Part shown: piece after piece, positions 19,289 through 30,142 of the stretch
How positions within the stretch are numbered: position 1 is the first letter of the stretch
Layout: each line of letters begins with the position of its first letter
DNA from: Dirinaria sp. TL-2023a
Taxonomy: Eukaryota
Reading direction: 5' to 3'
DNA length: 32,318 bases
NCBI GenBank assembly: GCA_051941275.1
Contig: JAVEBF010000080.1
Coordinates: forward strand, 1 to 32,318
The notes under the pieces: model-generated
What the model was told of the DNA's origin: nothing
Database searches by the model: none
Seen by the model: the letters and a program-made list of their open reading frames with translations, nothing else
Program-made: the position numbers and the translations under genes

Positions 19289-22200
19289 ATGGCTCCAGCT
19301 ACCGCTACCTCCACCAAATGGTCACACGAATACCATTCTTTACGTCGCGACCATCTCTTCCAAAATCCGCCCACAGACAGATCTGCCTACCCTGCTCTCG
19401 CCGATGCCCTTCAGCCCCACCTTGGATCCTTCAACGCGCTTTTTGAAGACAGGCTCATCAATGCCGCGCTCCAAGACATCGGAACGAAAGTCTACCTTGA
19501 CAGGGTCGTTGAGCCCGGGACAGGCCGCGGAGAGCCACAAATCAAGAGACAATGCAACAGACTCCGTGTCAAGATACGGGATGTGTATCTTGACAGAGCT
19601 GCCCTTCCGCCAACCAACAAGGTCAGCACCAAGAATAGAAAGATCTTTCCTGCCGAGTGCAGAGAGCGCCATGCTACCTACAGGGGTAAACTTAGAGCGA
19701 GGGTTGCCTACAGAGTTAACGAGAGCGACTGGATTGAAACCGACAGGGAAATGGGGCATCTTCCCATCATGGTAAAATCGAATCGCTGCCATCTAGAGCA
19801 CTGTACACCAGCGCAATTGGTATTGCACAAGGAGGAAGCGGAAGAGCTTGGCGGGTATTTCATCGTCAATGGCATCGAGAAGCTGATACGGATGCTTATT
19901 GTACCCCGCCGGAATTATCCCATGGCCATCATTCGTACATCGTTCGTCAAGAGAGGGAAAGAGTACAGCAAATATGGAGTACAAATCAGGTGCGTTAGGC
20001 CCGACCAGACGTCACAAACCAGCGTTCTCCACTACCTAAATGACGGAAACGTGACGTTTCGCTTCTCCTGGCGGAGGAATGAGTATCTCGTTCCAGTCGT
20101 GATGCTATTAAAGGCACTGGCAGAAACGAACGATAGGGAGATTTTTCAGGAGCTCATTGGTCCCTGCAGCTCGAACGAAGTGCAAGACAACTTCATAACC
20201 GAGCGATTGGAAATCCTCCTCCGGACTTACAAGGAGTATGGGGTCCATGGACAGGCAGAAGCGAGATCCTACCTAGGTAGTCGATTTCGTCCGGTGCTTG
20301 GCATGCCGCACGACGTGCCAGACTATGAAGTTGGGACCGAATTATTACGAAGGGTCGTGCTCGTACATTTGGGCAACGTAGAAGTGACGCCGTCTCAAGA
20401 TAAGGACAAATTTCGCATGCTCCTCTTCATGATTAAGAAGTTGTACGCTCTCGTGGCGGGCGACTGCGAAGTCGACAATCCGGACGCTATCTCAAGTCAA
20501 GAGATCCTTTTACCGGGATTTCTGTATGGTATGATCTTAAAGGAGAAGCTAGAGGAATGGCTCAAGTCAATATCAAGTGTGCTCGATGACTGGCTGGTCA
20601 AGAATACCAAAGATGGAGTGGAAAAAGAAATGGCAGCGTTCTCTCACTCCTCCTTCACTAAAGAATTTCCAACCAAAATCCTAGCAAAGACAAATGAGAA
20701 TATTGGGAATTTGATGACATACTTCCTCTCCACTGGTAATCTTGTCACTCCAACAGGTTTGGATGTCCAGCAAACATCAGGTTTCACAGTGGTTGCGGAG
20801 AAGATAAACTTCTATAGATTCATCAGCCATTTCCGCACTGTGCACAGAGGAAGTTTCTTCGCACAATTGAAGACTACAACAGTCCGGAAGCTGCTACCAG
20901 AGAGCTGGGGTTTCCTATGCCCGGTACATACGCCTGATGGCAGCCCCTGTGGATTGATCAATCATTTAGCTCACAAATGTAAAGTCACTACTCGTGATCT
21001 TGATACATCTGCTCTTCCGCGTTTACTCGCTCAGCTGGGCGTTAGCAATTCACCTGTTGCCTTCCTACATAATAAACTTGTTGTACAGCTCGATGGTCGT
21101 ATAATGGGCACGTGTACTGCAGACGAAGCGCGTATGATTGGGCATACTCTTCGGTATTGGAAAGTTGAAGGAAGCCACAATGTTCCCCTCGAACTAGAGG
21201 TAGGTTATATCCCATCTACCAAAGGTGGGCAATATCCTGGAGTGTACATTTTCTCTCAAGCTGCGCGTTTAATCCGTCCAGTCAAGTACCTACGACTTGA
21301 CAGGCAAGATTTCGTTGGTCCTTTTGAGCAACCATTTATGTCTATTGCATGCACTGAAAACGAGATCGAGTCTGGCGAATCTACACACGTGGAATACGAC
21401 CCAACCAATATCCTCTCCATTGTGGCCAATCAAACACCTTTCTCCGACTTCAATCAGTCTCCTCGAAATATGTATCAATGCCAGATGAGCAAACAAGCAA
21501 TGGGCACCCCGGGCAACGCTCTAAGGTATCGGACGGATAACAAGATTTATCGGCTCCAATCAGGGCAAACCCCGGTTGTCCGTCCGCCGTTGTATAACGA
21601 GTATGGGCTGGACAACTTTCCAAATGGAACGAATGCTATCGTGGCTGTAATATCATACACAGGTTATGACATGGACGACGCCATGATATTGAACAAATCT
21701 GCTCACGAGCGAGGTTTTAGTCATGGTACCATATTAAAAACTAAAGTCATCCGTCTGGATGAAGGTATTGGTAGGGGGCGGTCAGCTACTTCCATAACGA
21801 AACTATTTGGCTTTGCGCCCAAAGGCTTTGTATCTGAAGCAATTCGCAATCGGTTGGACCAAGATGGCTATCCGCTCCCTGGAACCAAGATCTGCGACGG
21901 CGATGTTCTTGCAGTGTCTCACACAGTCACTTATGATCGGGCGCGGCAAAAGTATGTCAACAACGACAGCGTCAATAATCTGCACAGGTACCATGATGCG
22001 GAAACAGCTTTTGTGGAAGAGGTGCGCATTTTGGGAGCAGAATCTGGCAGTGACCCTTGTCAAGCGGTAAGCATCAAACTTCGAGTACCACGGTCCCCCG
22101 TTATAGGCGACAAATTTGCTTCACGGCATGGCCAAAAGGGTGTCTGCTCGCAGAAATGGCCGATGGTCGACATGCCGTTCTGTGAATCCGGGATTGTGCC

Positions 22201-22948
22201 TGACATTATCATCAATCCACATGCTTTTCCTTCCCGCATGACAATAGGAATGCTGGTCGAGTCTCTAGCCGGAAAATCTGGCGCCTTGCATGGTCTAGCA
22301 CAAGATTCCTCTCCGTGGCGGTTTGATGAGGAGCATACAGCTACCGATTACTTCGGCGATCAGCTATTAGCCGCGGGCTACAATTACCATGGAAATGAAC
22401 CGATGTATAGTGGTATCACTGGACAAGAGTTTGCAGCGGACATATACGTAGGAATCGTCTTCTACCAGCGGCTAAGACACATGGTAAATGACAAATTCCA
22501 AGTGCGAACTACCGGTCCCATCACGCAACTGACAGGACAGCCCATCAAGGGACGAAGTAAAGGAGGCGGTATACGTGTTGGGGAAATGGAGAGAGATGCG
22601 CTACTAGCACACGGCTGTGCGTTCTTACTGCAAGATCGGCTGATGAATTGCAGTGATTATTGCCGCCAGTGGGTGTGCAGAATCTGCGGGAGCTTCTTGA
22701 GTACCACGCCGACGGTTGGCACTGGAGGGCGAAAAGGCTCAAGGGGCACAGGAGTAGTTCGGTGCAGAAGTTGTGCAAAGTCACTGGAAGTGGACGCACA
22801 AGGTGATGTGTGGGAAGACGCCCAGGGACGTAAATGGATGGGTGGAAATGAGACGACCGTTGTTGCAATACCCGGAGTGTTGAGGTATCTCGATGTGGAG
22901 TTGAGTGCAATGGGAGTTAGGATGAAGTTCAATGTTGGTCCGAAGTAA
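19289..22948 (+). CDS. RPA135: DNA-directed RNA polymerase I second-largest subunit, 1219 aa, single exon
   Basis: GGYFIVNGIEKLIRMLI, VRKLLPESWGFLCPVHTPDGSPCGL, FNQSPRNMYQCQM, GDKFASRHGQKG, YQRLRHMVNDKFQVR, GGIRVGEMERD and a C-terminal Zn ribbon. KLLPESWGF and HRGSFF indicate Pol I. Confidence 0.98.
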   Translation: MAPATATSTKWSHEYHSLRRDHLFQNPPTDRSAYPALADALQPHLGSFNALFEDRLINAALQDIGTKVYLDRVVEPGTGRGEPQIKRQCNRLRVKIRDVYLDRAALPPTNKVSTKNRKIFPAECRERHATYRGKLRARVAYRVNESDWIETDREMGHLPIMVKSNRCHLEHCTPAQLVLHKEEAEELGGYFIVNGIEKLIRMLIVPRRNYPMAIIRTSFVKRGKEYSKYGVQIRCVRPDQTSQTSVLHYLNDGNVTFRFSWRRNEYLVPVVMLLKALAETNDREIFQELIGPCSSNEVQDNFITERLEILLRTYKEYGVHGQAEARSYLGSRFRPVLGMPHDVPDYEVGTELLRRVVLVHLGNVEVTPSQDKDKFRMLLFMIKKLYALVAGDCEVDNPDAISSQEILLPGFLYGMILKEKLEEWLKSISSVLDDWLVKNTKDGVEKEMAAFSHSSFTKEFPTKILAKTNENIGNLMTYFLSTGNLVTPTGLDVQQTSGFTVVAEKINFYRFISHFRTVHRGSFFAQLKTTTVRKLLPESWGFLCPVHTPDGSPCGLINHLAHKCKVTTRDLDTSALPRLLAQLGVSNSPVAFLHNKLVVQLDGRIMGTCTADEARMIGHTLRYWKVEGSHNVPLELEVGYIPSTKGGQYPGVYIFSQAARLIRPVKYLRLDRQDFVGPFEQPFMSIACTENEIESGESTHVEYDPTNILSIVANQTPFSDFNQSPRNMYQCQMSKQAMGTPGNALRYRTDNKIYRLQSGQTPVVRPPLYNEYGLDNFPNGTNAIVAVISYTGYDMDDAMILNKSAHERGFSHGTILKTKVIRLDEGIGRGRSATSITKLFGFAPKGFVSEAIRNRLDQDGYPLPGTKICDGDVLAVSHTVTYDRARQKYVNNDSVNNLHRYHDAETAFVEEVRILGAESGSDPCQAVSIKLRVPRSPVIGDKFASRHGQKGVCSQKWPMVDMPFCESGIVPDIIINPHAFPSRMTIGMLVESLAGKSGALHGLAQDSSPWRFDEEHTATDYFGDQLLAAGYNYHGNEPMYSGITGQEFAADIYVGIVFYQRLRHMVNDKFQVRTTGPITQLTGQPIKGRSKGGGIRVGEMERDALLAHGCAFLLQDRLMNCSDYCRQWVCRICGSFLSTTPTVGTGGRKGSRGTGVVRCRSCAKSLEVDAQGDVWEDAQGRKWMGGNETTVVAIPGVLRYLDVELSAMGVRMKFNVGPK

Positions 22949-23461
22949 CAGGGTTGTCTTAGGGTTTGTGTGTATCAATCGGCACAGGTAATGCAAAATG
23001 CAAGGTGCCTGTATCTAAGGCCCCTGGGTTGCTGGGTTGGGCAAGGTAAGGTATGTACAAGTAATCTTACCTCAACGCAAGCATGAGCGAGATGCCATCT
23101 TGCTACTTCGTACCACTTAGGGCCTCTGTCCACCCTCGAAGAACATGATTGGGACCGCCAGCGCTCGTGCTCTCTTTCAGCACCCTACGAACGAACCCTA
23201 TCATACTGTCGCACACATCTCAAGTTATGCTCTCATTTAATGGTTAGATCTTTGCGAGCATCTGACGATCATTACAAATATTTCGGAAGTGATCTATCGT
23301 CCAATGATGGAAAGCTAACAACAGCAGTCCTTCATGCATGATGACGCATCACTTTGCAAAAGAGTGGCAGCTATAGCATCTTCGTAGAATCCTCTTCAAG
23401 ATCATGCAAAGCTGCGAATGACAATAAAGTCTGGCCCGGCTTCACGGCGAACCTGCCGCCG

Positions 23462-25223
23462 ATGATGGGAAACAAAGAGCACTACCATGCTCTTGTTGAC
23501 ATGGGGAGGTAAGGCGAATGAACCCGGCTCTCTTCACCAACGTGCACCTAAGTTGTGGGCTTTTAGCAATGGTATCCGCTTCTCAATAGCCGATCTATCA
23601 AGTCCGACGGCCCGAGTCCTCCCAACAGTCTACCAAAATAGGTCTGGTATATCCCTGTATGACGCTCAGTACCCGGAAAAAATGAAAGTCCCAATACCGC
23701 AAGCTATCATGGATGAAGTGGTCGCGGCGTTACTGAGATACCAGACCATAAGTGACGATTTTGGAGTCTACAGAAAACATTTCAAGATTATTGCGACGGA
23801 AGCGACCAGGACAGCTCTCAACAGCGAAGAGTTTTTGAACTTAGTCCAGGAGAAAACCAACGTCAAAGTCGATCTGTTGCCAAAAGAGCAGGAAGGTCAA
23901 ATTGGTGCTTTAGGCATTGCCAGCAGTTTCGAGCGTATTGAGGGGCTACTGATGGATTTAGGTGGCGGAAGCGTACAAATCACATGGGTCGAGTCATTTC
24001 AAGGCGAGATAAAGATGAGCCCTTGTGGCTCTGTGAGTTTGCCGTATGGCGCAGCAGCTTTGATGCAAGAGCTGAACAATTCGAACAGCTCTGCAGAGAA
24101 GGACCGATTACGGCAGAAGCTAACGGCCGAGATAGTGCAAGCACTGGAAAGACTGGAAATCTCAAAGACACTCCGCGATTATGCCAAACCGGACAAGAGC
24201 CTACAAATCTTTCTAAGTGGTGGCGGATTCCGGGGCTGGGGTTATGTTTTGATGTCCGCTCATCGTATTCAACCGTATCCGATCCCTGTCATCAATGGGT
24301 TCAGCGTGAGCAGCCATGAATTCATGCCTGTCAACGTACCGCAACTATCAGAACTAGACAGCTCGACCTTCCGCATCTCTTCACGCCGATCTTCGCAAAT
24401 ACCCGCTATCACATGCCTCGTATCTGCACTATCCGCTGCCTTATCCCCAACCATTAGCCAAGCTCGCTTTCACTTTGCACAGGGTGGTCTGAAAGAAGGC
24501 TGGCTTTTTTCACTTCTACCACCTTCTGTTCGGTCATCCAGCCCCCTGGTGGCAGCAACGTTGCCCTACGCTGCTCCATCTGCTGCCGGTCTAGTGTCTC
24601 TTGTTAAATCAGCTTTGGCATCTGATGCCTCAACTCCACTTGATTGGAGCTTTCAAAACTTGGAGGTATTGCTGACAAGTGCGGTAAATCTTATGTATGT
24701 CCATGCATCCTGCCCCAAAGACATTCGTGCCGCCAGCGCTTTGCACAGCACTACTACTGGCTTACTTGCCGGCGCTCATGGCATCAGCCACACAGACCGT
24801 GCTCTTCTGGGTCTCGTACTATTCGAACGTTGGCGAGGTGAACTCCCACCTATCGACGTTCAGCTTCACTCGGGCCTGCAACAGATTGTTGGCCCGGCCT
24901 CAAGTTTCTTGGCGGCGTATGTGGGAAAGACATTGTACGGTCTCGGAGACGTCTTTCCCGCTGGAAGGGTAAGAAATGGTGCACTAGCCATTGAGACAGC
25001 GTGGGTGGTAGTCGAAGGAGGAAAGCGGCATGGCGAATCTTTGCTGCGACTGGAGCTCCTCGCTGACGAATTGGCACTTGGTGCTGTGGAGCGTTGGGCA
25101 GTGGATTTGGAGAAACTGGGTAAGAAGAAGAATTGGGTGCGCACTGACCAAGATCCGGATGCACGGGGTTTCAAAATTGAGTGTGTAGTGAGAAAACGTT
25201 CAGCGGTTACACCGGCTTCTTGA
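23462..25223 (+). CDS. RTG2: Rtg2-like Ppx/GppA (ASKHA) family protein, ~567 aa; exons 23462-23508, 23567-25223
   Basis: The intron GTAAGG(23509)..TAG(23566) restores ALVDMGSNGIRFSI. Also IATEATR.ALN, DLGGGSVQ, SLPYGAAAL, LSGGGFRGWG, YPIPVING, GGLKEG. Confidence 0.88.
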
Positions 25224-25871
25224 AAAACATTTCGTTGGCCTCGGGGGCTGAGAGCGCCTTCCGTCAGATAGCTCGTGGCTTGAGCATCCGACACCAAACC
25301 TGGCTCCGAGTACCGGCTAAGAAGTAAGGTTGAGGGATAGATACGACTAATTCAAGCCTAAAAAGACCATTTGTATCTGGTATCGGAAAGGTGCACGTTC
25401 TGTTGGATCTTCACTCGATGAGTATGCTGTACTTCCGGGCCTTCCTCTCCTATCATCTCGGAGTCCTATCGACCGGGAACCTTGCGGCTATGCCTCCAGC
25501 CAGAAACCACGACGCCATCTCATGTCCTGAGCCCAACAATGCAGATTCCATTAATGCTGGACCGTAGTGTATCCGACGTGCACAAGGCCCAACCTTGACA
25601 TTCTTGGTACTGTTCTCCTAGTCTGCCAGTTTTTCTTATAAGAAGCAAACGTTCCACTTCAATTTTGCAATCATTGTTGAGTCTTTTAGAGTCAATTTTG
25701 CGCTTCTTCACATCTTTCCTGTACCACCGTGCTTCATTCTTTGACATCTTTCGCCAACCCGTCCTATTCAAGACTGCACTTCAAACTCCTGTGCTTGTAT
25801 TTCTGTGCTTCTATTTTCCATTCCTGTCCAGCGCCGTTCTGAACCACTCGACAACCGAAAAGTCCCTCGCC

Positions 25872-27485
25872 ATGCATCTTGGCTTTCTCCTTGTGACGGT
25901 GCTGTTACCAATTCTACGCTTTGCCTTCGCCGATGAAGATTCCGTCTACGCCCCCGTCACGGTAAAATGCTCTGGGACATTGGTGCGCGACGCCAAGGGG
26001 ATTGCCAAAGCTGAAAAGGATTGGGTTACCAAACGCAAGGAAAAAACCGACAAGGCGCTGGCGGACTGGATCCAAAAAACCAATCCCGAATTTGACACCG
26101 CCAAGTTACCTACGGTGGCCCTCGCTCACAGTGGAGGTGGATACCGGGCAATGCTGACCGGTGCTGGCTTGATCAAAGGTTTTGATTCGAGAGATACCAA
26201 AGTATCCACCAGCGGAATCCTCCAGGGCATCACCTACCAAGCAGGCCTTTCTGGCGGAGCATGGCTGCTCTCTGGTTTAATCGGCAATAACTACCCCACC
26301 GTCTCCAAAATTGTCAAGGACTACTGGAAAGAAACTCTCGAGGCCGGTGCTCTGATCCCGGACGATGACCTTTTCGACACCTTCGAGATTTATGATCAAA
26401 TCGAAGACGATCTCGACGTCAAAGAGAAGGCCGGATTCGACGCCACGATTGTCGATCTCTACGGTCTCCTGCTGAGCAACCAATTCCTTCCCGATGAGCG
26501 CTGGGCCGGAACCTTGTCACAAGTAACTCAATACTCGGCTTTCAAGGACCACTCAATGCCATTCCCCATTGTGACTGCCTTGGGGCCCCCAGATCCGGGC
26601 GACGAATGCGTTGCTGACAAGGAAACCCCGAGCTATGAGTTTACGCCTTATGAGTTCGGCAGCTGGGACAAAGGCGTCGCAGCCTTTACCCAGACCAAGT
26701 TTCTCGGCACGAACATGACCAACGGTAACCCCTCCGAGAAAGACGTCTGTACCACAAACTACGACAAGCTGGGTTACATTATGGGTTGTTCGTCCAATTT
26801 CTTCAATCTTGCCTGTGCGACGTATCAGCTCGAGAAAGCCGCCGACGCCATCAGGACAGTCTTCTTCTCCATTGTCGAGGCAGCCGATGACCCTTTTATC
26901 CGGGACGAGTACGCTATCTTCCGGAACCCCTTCTACAAGTGGAAGACATCGTCCTTGGTCAACAAGCAAGAAATGCTGTACCTGGTCGACGGTGGCGAAG
27001 GTGGACAAAACGTTCCTATCGAGTCTCTCCTTCAGCCATCTCGAAATGTCGACGTCATCATCGTAGGCGATAACTCCGATGACACTGACGAACACTGGCC
27101 GGATGGCAGCACGCTGTTCAACACGTACAAGAAGTCCAAAGACAACGGCCTCGACCGTATGCCAGAAGTCCCGGAGCCGAAGACTTTCGTCAAAGAGGGC
27201 ATGAACACGCACCCAACGTTCTTCGGTTGTCATGACAAGGATAAAGTAACCATCGTGTACCTTCCCAACGTTGGCTACGCTACGAAAAGCAACGTCGCCA
27301 CGACCCAGCTCGTCTACGACGCCAAGAAGACGGAGGCGATGATCGAGAACGGCGTTCAAATTGCCACGATGGGCGACCACAAAGCTTGGGCGGAATGTCT
27401 TGGGTGTGCGCTGATGGAGAAAATGGACGTTGAGTTGCCTGAAGCTTGTGGGGTTTGTTGGGAAGGTTTTTGCTACAATTCGTAA
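25872..27485 (+). CDS. Secreted lysophospholipase/phospholipase B, 537 aa, single exon
   Basis: Signal peptide MHLGFLLVTVLLPILRFAFA. Catalytic motifs SGGGYRAM, GLSGG and LVDGGE; also YEFTPYEFGSWD, PTFFGC and C-terminal C..CW..FCYN. The ORF-track upstream extension from 25665 is a pyrimidine-rich 5' leader. Confidence 0.95.
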   Translation: MHLGFLLVTVLLPILRFAFADEDSVYAPVTVKCSGTLVRDAKGIAKAEKDWVTKRKEKTDKALADWIQKTNPEFDTAKLPTVALAHSGGGYRAMLTGAGLIKGFDSRDTKVSTSGILQGITYQAGLSGGAWLLSGLIGNNYPTVSKIVKDYWKETLEAGALIPDDDLFDTFEIYDQIEDDLDVKEKAGFDATIVDLYGLLLSNQFLPDERWAGTLSQVTQYSAFKDHSMPFPIVTALGPPDPGDECVADKETPSYEFTPYEFGSWDKGVAAFTQTKFLGTNMTNGNPSEKDVCTTNYDKLGYIMGCSSNFFNLACATYQLEKAADAIRTVFFSIVEAADDPFIRDEYAIFRNPFYKWKTSSLVNKQEMLYLVDGGEGGQNVPIESLLQPSRNVDVIIVGDNSDDTDEHWPDGSTLFNTYKKSKDNGLDRMPEVPEPKTFVKEGMNTHPTFFGCHDKDKVTIVYLPNVGYATKSNVATTQLVYDAKKTEAMIENGVQIATMGDHKAWAECLGCALMEKMDVELPEACGVCWEGFCYNS

Positions 27486-28187
27486 TCAGTGAATGAGTCA
27501 TCTTTGCCTTTCCAGTCGATAGTATGGCAATGCAAAGTATTGTTTTTCAACGCTTCGAGTTTCTTCTTCTAGTTCTAGGTTTGAATATTATCGCCATTTG
27601 ATCAGAGCAGGTAATGCTTTATTAACCGGATGCTAAACCATCCTCAAGTCGTTGAAACAGATTAGTATTTGATTAGAACCAGCGAAGAGGCAATGATCTA
27701 GCGATGCAGTAAAAAAGAATCAAAGGGAAAGGATGATGCACCAATACTTGACGATTTGGCATCGAGAGGATCGGCCAATCACCATAGAACCAATCCGTAA
27801 ATGTTCCTATGGACAGTGCTGCGATGTGCGTTATTCCCACGAAAACACATTTAGCATTGATAGATGTGTTTTTGCCTTCCCATCGTTCTTCGCAGAGCTG
27901 CTTGCAGACCAGATTTTTTTAGTTTAAGTCTCCCAACCTCCAATTGAGGGTTGAAGGCTCAACAAGTTTCAGAATGCATTGACCTAGATTCGTTGGAGAG
28001 ATAGGTCGCGTCAATCGCAAAGAAAAGGCGGCCTTGGTCTTCAAACCAGATCGATTGATGGTCGAGAGTTTCTCGTCCTGCTTAATTCCGGTCAGCTACC
28101 GTCTAAGGCTCCTTGATGAGTGTTGATTTTGTCAAGATAGAGTAGATACGACGCTAGTTACATCCAGACACACCCCGACTTACTTTT

Positions 28188-28200
28188 GGGGGGGGGGGGG
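28188..28200 (+). repeat. Poly(dG) run, 13 nt
   Basis: Direct read, ~200 bp beyond the SLD5 stop codon. Confidence 0.7.
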
Positions 28201-28402
28201 TATCTGTCCGTCATATCATATTTCCGTAATGCACACAGCTTCCCACCGACTGGAACCCAAATCATGGAATCCGGCTTCATGTGACGGCCACTTTGCCAGC
28301 TATCGTAAGCAGATCCACGAGGCCTTGGAGTTCTTGCGGAAGCAGTTCGAAGTTTGCCGGGCATGGGTGGCGACAATGTTCACTTTTCGAATCGATGCAT
28401 TC

Positions 28403-29185
28403 TTATATTAACTCTGCCGCGCCCTCCTCGACGAGGGTCTTGACGGCACTCCATCTCACGACGAAGACATCACCCCTCTTCATCTCGAAGTACGTATCTG
28501 TTCCTTCGACATAGATGGGCTCGTCCGTATCTCTCAAAGCTCTTGTAAATACCGCTCTATCTGCATCCGGCGTTTCGATCATGCTGATACCCCCATTCGT
28601 GTCATCCAGACTCTGTAGCGAACTTGGGAACTGCGCCAGGAAGGAGGACTGGTAGTGCTGCTGCAGTAACGACTGGTGCTTCCGAGCATATTGGAGTTCG
28701 GAAGGGGAAAGTCGCGACATGGCCGAGGACGTTAGAAGGTAATGGAGGGCGTGGGCGTCGATCTGACCAGCTGTCAGCCCCTTTTTTCCCTAATCTCCTG
28801 TATTCGAGACCTTCGCCATCCTAGTCCTTAAGAACGAGCGCACAAGGAACTTGAACCGCTCAAGCTCTGTCTGTATGATTATAAGACGGAAGTTTGCCTT
28901 GGGATCTGTGGTCCCGGTTTGCTCCTCCACCAGCTCAATCTTGCTTGCCGGCGACATCGTGTCAGCATTGATTGGCCGGACCTACACACAGGTCTCTAGC
29001 CTCACCTGCCGTCGTATCCCTTCCAGCACGCGATCCATCAACGCCACCGGCCACTGGAGAATCTCAGGTGCACTTCTCTCCGTAACCCAGGCGCGGGTCA
29101 GCTCTTGCAAATCTCTCATCCCTTGGGGTAGTGAGTCATCATTGAGTGTTGCAAATGTATCATCAATTTCCATGATCTGCGCCAT
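28403..29185 (-). CDS. SLD5: GINS complex subunit Sld5, ~222 aa; exons 29185-29006, 28939-28811, 28762-28403
   Basis: [62 protein letters not shown]...[18 protein letters not shown]. Phase-0 introns. The start may be the second ATG (29173). Confidence 0.94.
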
Positions 29186-30142
29186 GATAAGCTTCCAAAA
29201 AGTCTCGAAACGGAGACTCCTGGGTGTGGAAAACTACTCCTTTTTTTAGACCCTACGGTGAGCTAAGGTACTGCAGGCTGACTCGCTCACTAAGGTAAGG
29301 TAGGTAAGGTAGGTACAAGTACCTTACATGTAGGTAGGTACCTTGCTACCCGACCCTTACTAGCTTCTGTACGATATATTACAGTGCCTGAAAGTACGGT
29401 ACCTTACCCAACTCACACCACGTGCCAAATTCACTAAGATACTTAGTCTCTATCAGTTCGTTGTGCGGTCAAGACAATACGAAAGTGTTGCAGGACCCAA
29501 TCCCCGAGTGAAAAGCTCTACAACTGATGAGTTAATCCTACACTCGTGCTTACGAAGGTTCAAGGCGCGTATTTAAGACAACGCCTAATCCTTAAAAAAG
29601 AACAATGCTTCAGGAGCAGTGATCAAGTACAGTAGTCAACGTCAACTTTCTGAGGTAATGAGGAACCTGTAGAACTGTCAAGACTTCTTAAAATTTTGGG
29701 ATGCGGGAGATGCTGGTGAGAAATCTAAAATAGAAGACTGGCCCTAGTACAGTATATACAGCTGGAGCCCTGCTTTACTGCAGTAGAAGGCAAATACCAA
29801 CGTTCCTGCACCTGAAACCATTCGACAGGATGATCGTGTGCTTCGAATGCGAAACCACATCAACACCAGTGTATGGGGATATAGTGAGCGTTTTGAGGAC
29901 CGAGTTTCATTTGAATGAAACTTAAGGCTGCGCCAGCCAATTGATGGCGCCAAAAGTCAGAGTGTGCATCATGTCTGCAATGACAGCGCCCAACGCCCGG
30001 GATCACGCCGGGGATACTACAGAATCTAGCGAGAGTGGCTGTGTGGGTCCGTCGAAGACAAGCGAGATGTTTCCAATCAGTTGAGCAATATGCAGGCACC
30101 AGCAATGCCAAAGAGTATATTACCGCAATGGGGTGCTTCTTT

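Noticed and set aside
25665..25871. N-terminal extension of the PLB ORF
   Set aside because: TTG start and pyrimidine-rich leader. The ATG at 25872 has good context and begins the signal peptide.
26553..27380. 275-aa antisense ORF within PLB
   Set aside because: Shadow ORF explained by the biased codon usage of the sense gene; no motifs.
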